DNA of 64,000 nucleotides from the human T2T-CHM13v2.0 reference genome, Homo sapiens: the NCBI RefSeq assembly GCF_009914755.1, contig NC_060947.1; one strand, 5' to 3'. The notes beneath the pieces were generated by a model. It was not told the DNA's origin. It searched no databases and saw only the letters and a program-made list of their open reading frames with translations. The translations under genes and the position numbers were made by a program. Each line of letters begins with the position of its first letter. Position 1 is the stretch's first letter. Positions 47,050 through 64,000 of the stretch are shown in pieces.

Positions 47050-47633
47050 TGATAAAAGACTTAAGAAAAAATTACTTAGGCAGATAGATAGTGAGGGCAC
47101 AAATGTCCTCAGTAATGTTTTCCTTTTAATGTAAAGCAGCCCCAAATCATTTTCTTTTCTAACAAAGAGCAGCCTGTAAAATCGAGCTGTAGCCATAGAT
47201 GCCAGCAGCTGTGCTAATCATGTTCAAAATGGTGGCCCCAGCTTCCCTTCTCTTTATCAGCCACGTGTACAGTAAGGAGCAGAATAGATAGCAGTGGTCA
47301 ATGGGAGAGTTCATTTGCATAATAAGAGTAGGGTGGGGCAGCCAGCCTTCCCCATGCACTATGTAAATGTCATAACTGATCAAACCAATCTGTGAGTCCT
47401 ATGTAAATCAGACACTACCTCCTCAAACCTAACTATAAGATCCAGCACATCCACTGCCCACTGGTCCTTTCTGCTTGGAGACCTCTCTCTATAGAGAGAG
47501 CTGCTTCTCTTTCTCTTCTCTTATGCCTATTAAACCTCTGCTCCTAAACTCCTAATGTGTCTCTGTGTCCTAAATTTTCCTGGTGTGAGACAACAAACCC
47601 AGGGTATATACCCCAGACAACATATCCACTTCA
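47050..47633 (+). repeat. 5' LTR
   Basis: TGATA...CTTCA; octamer ATTTGCAT 47313-47320, TATA-like ctataaga, poly(A) signal attaaa; aligns with 54819-55399. Confidence 0.93.
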
Positions 47634-47636
47634 TAC

Positions 47637-47654
47637 TGGGGGCTCGTCCAGGAT
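47637..47654 (+). other. Primer-binding site for tRNA-Pro
   Basis: TGGGGGCTCGTCCAGGAT, 17/18 match to the canonical TGGGGGCTCGTCCGGGAT, 3 nt after the LTR. Confidence 0.9.
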
Positions 47655-49051
47655 ATCAAGGTACAACATTCATCGTAACAGTGAGTAGAGGAGTAGACTT
47701 CAACTCTGTCTTTTCATTTTGAGATTCTTGGCCTCCATTTTAGAACCAAATCAAACCAAATACTAGTCCCCTTTCAGTCATTTAAAAATGATTAGTGTGG
47801 CTGCCAGCCTTACAAGATTTGGGGGACAGGCTTACTGGGGAGAACATGGAGAATTCCCCAGCACCCATGGGTTGCTGGGCATCTTGGCCATGTTTGAACC
47901 AGCTTCCTTTCATAGAGGAATTAGCTGTCATGTGGAGCTGGAAGAAGTCCTGAGGTAACTGAGGATTTCTGGCTGAGGCTATCCCCAGTGTTATCCAAAG
48001 GCTTCTGGACTGACCCCTGCCTCCAACTGCCTGATGGGATTTTGGCAATAGGATCTCCAACTTTCCTATTGTAATTACCTCCTTTCCTGTTTGCAACTGC
48101 CATATCTCTTATCCTCTCTGTGTATGCAATGTGCAGGAAGTTTTAGAGTTCAGGGAAGTAATCTTGTTTGGCAAGATCAGGGAATGTCATAGTAACTGGG
48201 GATATAGCTCAAGGGAGGGCACCTTTGTGATTTTCTAGGAACAGAGGGTCCCCACCCACCACAGTGAGCATCACTCTCTGCCCTTGGTCTGGAGAGCACA
48301 TGGCATTTCAAGGTCAACAGACCCACCTAGTGGAATAGAGATCCTCTCCATGAGGCACATTTTTGGTCCTTTCCTGAAACACTCTAGCTTCCCAATTCTC
48401 CCTTTTTTTTTGCCCCTTTACCAGAGACCAGGTTTTATGCTGCTTCTGTGAACAGGAAAACTTTACCTTCAACAATTGGGAGTAAAATGTTCTCTGGAAC
48501 CAAATTTTACTCTTGATACTGTCCCATCAGCAGGAAAATGGCCATTCAGCCCCTACATTTTTAAAGCATCTATTCTGCCTCCAATTTAAATGGTAATTAA
48601 TAAGTAAGGGCATTTAAAGTTCAGAAGTTAACCAGGACCATTCTCTAAGGGCAAATGCTTTAGCATGGGCCATAAAAGCAGGATATAGAGCTGAAACCAG
48701 CACACTTCCTCCAGTAAGGAGGGAAATGCAACTGTCACATAGTCTCTCCTGAGATCCATTTTTCAGGGAGTCAGGCAGGTCACACAAGTCTAAGAAGTCA
48801 AACAGAGATCACAGACAGATGACCAGAGCCACATGGGTGAGCATGACTAATCTTAATCACTTAGTTCCTTTGGTTCCATGGCTGGAGTTCATGCCTGCAG
48901 CCATGGGCAGCACATTTAACAAGGTGCCAGTACCCAGGAACCGTGGAGGGGAAACAGCAGGGAGGATGCCCCTGCTCTCTTCCTCAACACCCTGGGTCAC
49001 ACCAAAAGGAAGGAGACTAAAAGGACTCCTTTTTCTCACATCTCTTTCAAG

Positions 49052-49650
49052 ATGGGTAACAGACCATCTTCAGCTTGCACTCCTGGAGTGCATTCTGAAG
49101 CACAGGAGCTCCTTTGACCCTGAGATTTTGAAGAAAAAGTGGCTCATTTTCTTTTGCACAAGGGCAAGGCCTTCTTACTAGACCTTTGTAAGCATTGCAC
49201 AATCAACCCAGCTCTTTTAGCAGCCATATCAGGCAGACCTATAAAGAATGATTCACCCAAATTAGAGAAACAACTTCCAGGGGCACCATCTGAGGATCCC
49301 CCTTATTTGGGGCCCCATTGAGTTCCCTTCTCATTAAAGGACCTTGTTCAAATAAAGGGAGATTTAGGCCAATTTTCTAATGATGCTGATAAGTATATAG
49401 AAGCTTTCCAAAATTTAACTCAGGTTTTTGATCTCTCATGAAGGGACGTTAGGATGCTCCTAAGCCAAACCCTAACTGCAGCTGAAAAACCGGCAGCTCT
49501 GCAATCAGGAGAGAATTTTGGAGATGAGCAATATCTCTCCTATAGTAGGCCAAAAGGGAAAAGAAAAAATAGGGAAGGCAAAGAAATAGGAGAAACACAT
49601 TCCCAATAGGAAGAGAGGCAGTCTTGATGACCCTAATTGAAACCCCCAGA
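49052..49650 (+). pseudogene. gag: ERV gag remnant (MA and CA fragments)
   Basis: ATGGGTAAC start; LECILKH..FDPE.LKKKWLIFFCTRA (ORF 48819-49181); downstream VPFSLKDL.QIKGDLGQFSND.DKYIEAFQNLTQVFDLS; frameshifts, stops and deletions. Confidence 0.85.
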
Positions 49651-52600
49651 CTTTTCTATGGTATTTTTCCTTCTTTCATGGTTTAAAATGGCTTTATCTC
49701 CTTTCATAATGCTCTTCCAACCTTGGAAAAGTTAAATTTGCAAACCTTAAAATGCTTGGCTTAGAGTTGAGCTATGGGGAAGGGAACCCAGAAGCCTGAC
49801 ATGCTGGCAAAAGGGTAAAAATTTCTTACCAGTTGGCCTTTTTGTTTCTCTCTCCCTGTGAAAACTGGTAAAAGAAATAATAAGGATCATTGTTTATATT
49901 CTTAAGTTTTAATTGATGAAAAAGTATTTGCAAGGTTGTTCTTAAGCTGTAGCCAATCTGGTGTACTTTGTGTGTCTTTCTGTATGGTTCTGTCAAAAGA
50001 AAGGATACCTTAGGTTAGGATACAGGCGTAGGACTCCATAAACCTGCTGTTCAAGCCAGCCCAACAAAATAGTCAATAACAAACACGTCAACAGGTCTCC
50101 ATCTTGTTACATGTTCTTGGCAAAATGACCTGTAACCACGTGGCAATACTTTATTTTAGTCTCTGCCATTTTACAATGGTGGCTGTCTTCTTGTGCTAAG
50201 TCAGTTCCTTGGGTGAGGACCATAAAATCAGATAAGCCAGTTTATCAATAGGGGAGGGGCCAGCTAATCCATCAAAGGCAGGGTTTACAAAATACCTTAA
50301 GCACTGATCTTGAGAGTAGTTAAGGGAGAGTCAAAATCTTGCAGCCTCCACCTACGTTATTCCTAAGCCACGGTTTCTAATCTTGTGGAGAGTTTCTTGG
50401 TCTGTTCCCCAGGCAAAAGGGAAGCTGTCTTAGGAAGGCGTTGTTATCACCTTTGTTTTGGACTATAAACTGTAAACCAGGCTCCTCCCAATGTTGGTTT
50501 GGCCTATGTCCAGGGATGGGCAAGCTTGGGGGCTGAAAACAAAATGGAATTGGTTGGGTCGAATCTCTTTCACTTTCTCAGTCACAATTTTGCAATAATG
50601 GTTTCAAAAGCTGCTTATCACCCCTTTGAAAATACCTCATACATTCGTGGTTAAGTCATAACCTAATTATGGCTTGTTGGTTTCACCGGTTAGGTTACCT
50701 TTTGTGAAGCTCAAAAGGCAAAAATCTTAACTCTCAGCATGGCTAAAGTAGAGTAACAAGGGATTTAAAAGGATTTTCTTAAAGAGTGCTCAGCTTAATT
50801 AAAAGTGTATATTCAAGTTGTAGGTATATTTAAAAGGCCTTTATGTTTTTCTCTTCTTGGATCTTGCTTTTCTGGAAAAAGTGTTTTTTTTTTAATTTTC
50901 AGTCAATTGAATTATTTTTCTCCATTTTTTGTCTTGCCACTCATAATGCACACAAGAGAGGTCCTAAGATAACTTCTGGTAGCCTGGGACTCCTTGGGAA
51001 ACAAAACCCTATTTTCCTCATGAAACCCCAGGAATTAGAAGCAGATAATTCATTCTCAAATTTAAAGGCTCTGTTCTGTTTTGCATTGTGTTATCTAACA
51101 GTTTTGATAACTAGGTAGGAAATATACCTTAAGCGATGGCTAATAGTAGTTATGGAGGAATACTTAACTCTTTGCACATTTAAATCAGAGAAGCATGCTC
51201 TTGGTCACCAGAAGATATGGAAACATCCCTACCCCACACTAAGAGATGAGACTCCCACAGGGGATGGGCTGATTACAAAATAAGCCAAACTGGCTTTGGG
51301 TTGCCTTCCAATGAAATGCATGGTAGAAGCACTGCACTGTCTTCTCTCATGGTATCTCCCTCCTTTTGGGGATCCAAGATCCAGTATAGAATAGCACCCT
51401 TAATTTTGGGGATCTGTCTTTTGCTTTCAGCTATGCCTGCTTATTAGGCCCTAAAAATGTATGATATTCTGGCCCTGTTCCTCCAAGGGCTACACCCTGA
51501 AGCCAGTAATCCAATTAAGAAACTGGCAAATGAAACATCTTACAAGTGCTGAATCTTCTGTTTGTGTTGCTATATATGCGTTGTGTGTAATGTCTATAAA
51601 AAGAGCTCTAATTGATTGGCTTAAAGAAAAACTAAGTGCTTAAATCAAATATATTTTAGTTCCCATTACTTTAATCTTTAAGAAATAAAAATAGTCTTAA
51701 GCATTATTTGTAAAATTCAAGTGTTGTCAAACTGCAAATAGGTGGTCTAAATCATACAACTTAGATACTAGGTTTGCTAAATGTTCCAAGGTTGTATACT
51801 GCCTATTTTACAAATAGGTAAGGCCTGGGACATGTGGGGTTAGACGTTGGAAAGAGTCAGACCTTACCTGCACTTCTGTTTGGGTTCTAGACTCCACACC
51901 TGGTACATAATTGAAATAGCTTACTAACCAGGTTTTTAATCAAAAGTAAAAGTGGCTAAGAGTTAATAGTGCAACATGTATTTGAGACCACTAAACAGGT
52001 TTACATGCAAGGCATATGAAAACAGGAAAATGTGTTTTTTTTAGTAAAAGATTATAAGAAAGCATGGAAATGTAAATTTTTCCAAGGGATGAGGGATTAT
52101 CTTAGATTTAATAAGATAAAGCTAGAGGCTTAAGCAAGTTACAGAAATATTATAAAAATTAATCTCACAAAATCCCGTTTTTAAACATTAAACTCAAACG
52201 GGTATTATATGGTCTTTTCATAAATTGAGTATTGAAATAAAAACACAGCAAGGTTGTCTTAAGATGCTAATCTGCCCTTTAGCAAAAGGGGTTATAATAG
52301 GTTTGTAAACATTTCACCTCATGGTCAAATTGGTTAAGATTAGATGGAATTTTCTATGAGGTTTCATTAAAAGTTGGGGTTAACATTAATCAACTAAGGC
52401 AAGGATAAAATGTGGCTTTAAGCAGGATTTTTACATAATAGTAAAGCCTAATAAAAGGTTTTTTTTCTCTCAAGTCATCATTTTGGCAAAATAAATAATT
52501 TATGGAAATCTGGAATTCTATTTCATAACATCAAGTGTTTTAAACCTCTAACATTTAACAGGCTCCCAAAAATCAAACTTCAAAATTGTCTTTCCTCATG

Positions 52601-54624
52601 TCTGGCTTTCTAGATTGTTCAGAGGGCCCCTGAAACATCCAGAAAAGAGGTGAACAGGATTATTTGACATGTTATTTACATGGGATTGTCAAAATGATGT
52701 CCAAACTTAAGTTATATTTTAGTGAACAATACTAATATATGTTCCAAAATTGTATGGGACTTCTAAAATTCTAATGTCTAAGTATACACTATCAATCATA
52801 ATTAAGGGTAAAGTTATTGTAAACTCAGAGATAATTAAACTTCTTTGTCTGTCATATTTTTAACTGTAACTATACTGTGAATTTTGTCATTCACATATGA
52901 TTGTTGTCTCTCTTTGTTCCTTCTCAAAAGATGGTTTATAATCAAGCTGTAAGACTTTAAAGGTGTTCTCAAATGCAGGTTTCTAATAGCTTTGAAGATT
53001 GTAACATTGGAATAGAGAAAACATACACGACTCATGAAGAGCTGAAATGTTCACGAATGTAGAGCAAAACAAGAGTTAACTGAATAGACTGCACTCAGAA
53101 AGTTAAAGCAACCTCTTTTGACTTTTCATTGGAATATTGCTGATCCTTATTTTGTTTTTCAGAGTCAAGGAAACTTATTTTGAACTATTTAAAGCCTTCA
53201 ATAATTAAGTAAACTATGCTTATGTGAACAAAATTTGGAGTATGTTTGTTTCGCTCTGCCTAGTTCCTCTAGAATTTGGAAACTATCTGTGAGTATTCTT
53301 AACTTATGGCAATATAATTTTTGCATCAGTGCAATAAGAATATATTTTTCTTTTGCAACAGGACACAGTTGGAAAGAGAAACTGGATATTTTACCAAGGC
53401 TTTGACTGGAAGTGTGTGTTTCCCTTTAAGGAATCAATCTTGACATGTAGAACCAATAAAATCCCCTTGGGGAAGACTGGCACCATACCTTGTCTACACA
53501 GTCCCTGTACAGAGTTTCTGACCTGTGGTCAGTAAAGAATGTCACTTTCTAACAGGTCCAGGAGCTCCAAGTTTATCTTGAGATCTTAAGAGAAAAGGCT
53601 CATGCAACTCACAGGTATTTGAGGATACAAACCCATGGCTGAGCTCCACTTTAAAAGGTTTTATCTGAGATTCCTTGTGGAACAGAGTTCCATCAAAGCT
53701 AACCCAAAAAACCCATTTAGAGATAATTATTTCTGCTGCACATTATGCAAATAACCAGACCAAGTACAAGACTGAAGTTTATTCTATGAACAACACGGTC
53801 CTATCATAATTGTTCTTTTACCAAAAATGAGGACTTGAGAGAGAAATTATGCTCCAAAGATTATCATACATTTGTCATTAAATCCTAGTCTCATTAATTG
53901 TTTTTAAGCTTTTTGCCTACATTTTAGACTAACTTTCTTATTCCTGTGAATTAAGTGGTGTTCTCCTGCAGCTTGGGAGAAACAAAAAAGGGATGGGTAA
54001 TGCAAATATCTGGATCAATATGCTAATTCTGAGCAATTATCTTGCAAGTTCTGCCAGGTAATGATGTCACACTCGTGGGAATGGCTATACTCACTCTATT
54101 TGCAGTGAGACCATATACTGTTGCATCTTCTAACTGGAATATCAAACAGAGAGTTTCCATTGCTGTAGTATTTTGCTTAATTATCATCTTAATAGCAGGG
54201 ATAATAGTTACCAACATAAAGGAAGCGTGAAAGTTTTTCTATCACTTAGCCTGCTAGGACTTTTTATTGGGTTTAGTAATATGTCACACCCTGGCTATGC
54301 AAAGAAGGTTATAAAGGAAACAGAGTTTATATAAGAAAGAATCTTGTATGGCAGATACTTGCCCCAAACAGAATAGTTGGTTGTTTAAAAAGAAGGTTGT
54401 TTAGGACAAGTCGGAAAGTTTAAGCATGTTTGCAATGGTCTATGGAAGTCATGAAGGGATTAATAATTGTAGGAAAGATTTAGCCAAGGTTAATGCTAAA
54501 GTTACTTTAGCCACACAAATCCAATGCCACTTGTCCTGAAAGAAATGCTACTTTTATATTAATGTTTCAGCAACATCTGGTGGAGGCACACTAGTGTTAC
54601 AACTCATTGGAATGGCTGACAGCA

Positions 54625-54710
54625 ATCAAACTCCAAATGGTGCTGCAGACAGAACCACAAATGACCATGCCTTTCTCCTTAGGACCCTTAGATTGACCAC
54701 AGGAGGAGCC
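54625..54710 (+). pseudogene. env: ERV env TM cytoplasmic-tail remnant
   Basis: atcaaactccaaatggtgctgcagacagaaccacaaatg...ggacccttagat translates IKLQMVLQTEPQM...GPLD, typical of class I env C-termini. Confidence 0.65.
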
Positions 54711-54818
54711 ATAGCTGCTGTTCCCCGCATAATGTCTCTTTTCAGCAGGAAGTAGGCAGAAAGAGTTGTCATACAATACCTCTCACAGCAGTAAGGGTTA
54801 GCACTCCACAGGGGGCAA

Positions 54819-55399
54819 TGATACAGGAGTTAAGAAGAAATTACTTAGGCAGATACTGAGGGTACGAATGTCCTCATAAGGTTTTCCTCTTAATGAAAAG
54901 CAGCCCCAAATCATTCTCCTTTCTAACAAAGAGCGGCCTATAAAATTGAGCTGCAGACATAGATGCTGGCAGCTGTGGTAATCATGTTCAAAATGGTGGT
55001 TCCATCTTCCCTTCTCTTTATCAGTCATGTGTACAGTAAGGAGCAGATAAGGTGGTGCCAGTCAATGGGACAGTTCATTTGCATAATAGTATTAGGCTGG
55101 AGCAGCCAGCCTTCCCCACATGCTATGTAAATGTCATACCTGATCAAATCAATCTGTGAATCCTATATAAATCAGACACCACCTCCTCAAACCTGACTAT
55201 AAAATCCAGTGCATCCACTGTCTGCCGGTCCTTTCCACTTGGAGACCCCCTCTCTCTAGAAAGAGCTGTTTATCATTCTCTTCTCTTCTGCTTATTAAAC
55301 CTCTGCTCCTAAACTCCTCGTGCATTTATGTGTCTTAAGTTTTCCTGGCAGGAGACAACGAACTCCATGGTATACACCCTAGAAAATGTAACCACTTTA
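54819..55399 (+). repeat. 3' LTR preceded by a polypurine tract (54810-54818)
   Basis: AGGGGGCAA then TGATACAGGAGTTAAGAAGAAATTACTTAGGCAGATA; terminal CA mutated to TA. Confidence 0.93.
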
Positions 55400-56106
55400 C
55401 TACCAATGACATTATTCACAGAATTAGAAAAAAACTATGTTAAAATTCATATAGAATCAAAAGACAGTCAGAATAGCCAAGGGAATAATCCTAGGTAAAA
55501 AGAACAAATCTGAAGGCATTGCATTACTCAACTTCAAACTATACTACAAGGCTTCAGTAACCGAAACAACATAGTATGGTACTGGTACAAAAACAGGCAC
55601 ATAGACCAATGGAATAGAATAGAGAGGCCAGAAATAATTCCATACACCTACAGTCATCTTTCCTTTGACAAAATTAACAAAAGCAAGCAATGCTTAAAAG
55701 ATTCTGTATTCAATCAACGGTGTTGGGATAACCGGTGTTAGCCATATGCAGAAAAGTGAAACTGGACCCCTTCCTTATACTATATACAAAAATCAACTCA
55801 AAATGAATTAAAGACTTAAATGTAAAACCTAAATCTATAAAACCCTTGGAAGATAACCTAGGAAACACTATTCTGGACATAGGAGCTCTCAAAGATTTCA
55901 TGATGAAAACCCCAAAGAAAGCAATCACAACAGAAACAAAAATTGACAAGTGAAAGCTAATTACATTAAAAAGCTTCTTCACAGCAAAAGAAACTATCAG
56001 CAGAGTAAACAGACAACTTACAGAAAGGGAGAATATATTTGCAAACTATACATCTGACAAAGATCTAATATCAATAATCTATAAGGAACTTTAATATACA
56101 AGACAA

Positions 56107-62716
<6,610 letters not shown>

Positions 62717-64000
62717 AAGACAACCCCATTAAAAATGCACAAAGGACATGGACAGACACTTTTCAAAAGAAGACATACATTGGACAACAAGTATATCAAA
62801 AACAATATCACTGATCATTAGAGAAATGCAAATCAAAACCACAATGTAATACCATTTCACATCCATCAGAATGTCTATTATTTAAAAGTCAAAAAATAAC
62901 AGGGGCTGGCGAGGCTGTGGAGAAAAAGGAAGACTTTTATACACTGCTGGTGGGAGTATAAGTTAGTTCAGCAGTTGTGGAAAACAGCGTGGCAATTCCT
63001 CAAATACCTAATAACAAAACTACCATTTAACCCAGCAATCCCATTACTGGGTATATAATCAAAGGAACATAAATCACTCTGTCGTAAAGACATATGCACA
63101 CATACTTTCTTTACAGCACTAATCACAATACCGAAGACATGGAATCAACCTAAATGCCCATCAGTGGTAGACTGGATAAAGAAAATGCAGTACATATATA
63201 TCCTGGAATATTATGCAGCCATAGAAAGGACGAAATCATGCCCTTGGCAACAACATGGATGCAGGAGAAGGCCATTATTCTAAGCAAACTAACACAGGAA
63301 CAGAAAATCAAATACTACATGTTTTCACTTAAAGCCTAAACACTGAGTACACATAGACACAAAGAATGGAACAACAGTCACTGGGGCCTACTTGAGGGTG
63401 AAGTGCGAAAGAAGGGTGAGGATCAAATATCTACCTATCAGGTACTGTGCTTATTACCAGGGTGGTGACATAATCTGTAAACCAAACCCCCGTGACATGC
63501 AATTTGCCTATATAACAAACCTGCACATGTATTTCTGAACCTAAAAGTTAGAAGGAAAAAAATTATAAAACATAAAAAGAATGCCAATTCATTTGAAATA
63601 TGCATAAAATGAATATTTTTTGAAAAACTTAAAATATGTATTTTAGAGTTGGAAAAATGTTAGTTTGTAAATATGACCTTTTTCAGCACCTGGTCATAAA
63701 AGAAAAGTTCACAGCCTTATCAAGCAAGAATATAATGACATTAACATTTACTCTGCTAGCAAATCATGTGCAGAAGTAAAATATATTTTAATAAAATGTC
63801 ATTTTGTGTTATACTTTGATTGCTTCTGTTTTGATTAAACTCCAAACAAAGCAATGTTTTGTGGGTCAATAAAAGTGACTCAAAAAAAATAAATATTAGT
63901 GATGGAAGTCGTACTTGTTCTGGGAAACATCTGCTGTTCCATCACGTATTATTACAATATATTTGATTTTCCACACAGAAAATTGTTTGCACCTGTCGTT

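Larger units (their letters stand above)
47050..55399 (+). mobile_element. Two-LTR ERV1 provirus, LTR9/MER61 (HUERS-P3-related) group, non-autonomous, 8350 bp
   Basis: Direct-repeat LTRs, PBS-Pro, PPT, gag remnant, env-tail remnant, no recognisable pol; perfect 4-bp TSD CTAC 47046-47049 / 55400-55403. Confidence 0.92.

Noticed and set aside
63955-64000. Acceptor-like tgattttccacacag near the window end
   Set aside because: Only 22 nt follow; cannot be evaluated.

Overview
Primate (human-like) genomic DNA, AT-rich and by hand tally roughly 85-90% transposable element, about two-thirds LINE-1. I recognise no host protein-coding gene, RNA gene or CRISPR array; nearly all ORF-track entries are decayed L1 ORF1/ORF2 pieces or antisense frames. 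Main contents: (1) a full-length but inactive L1PA4/5-like element (1937-8132, -) with a TSD, an apparent ~46-bp 3' transduction, the retained 129-bp ZNF93-target segment and an antisense ORF0 that reads out into the flank; (2) a rearranged stack of truncated L1s at 18975-36540, including a young L1PA3 whose 3' junction is tandemly duplicated; (3) a near-full-length L1PA13-15-like element (38051-44190, -) whose 5'UTR carries a 318-354-codon antisense open frame; (4) a 17-kb nest (46432-63580) in which an old L1 fragment is split by an 8.35-kb two-LTR, tRNA-Pro-primed ERV1 provirus (LTR9/MER61-HUERS-P3 group) and by a full-length L1PB1. Alus, MaLR/ERVK/ERVL solo LTRs, MIR, L2 and MER5 fill the rest. 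Subfamily names come from recalled consensus motifs, not from a database search, and edges of old elements are approximate. I cannot demonstrate a new biological system; the best leads are the two antisense 5'UTR ORFs and a small hydrophobic ORF in the provirus.
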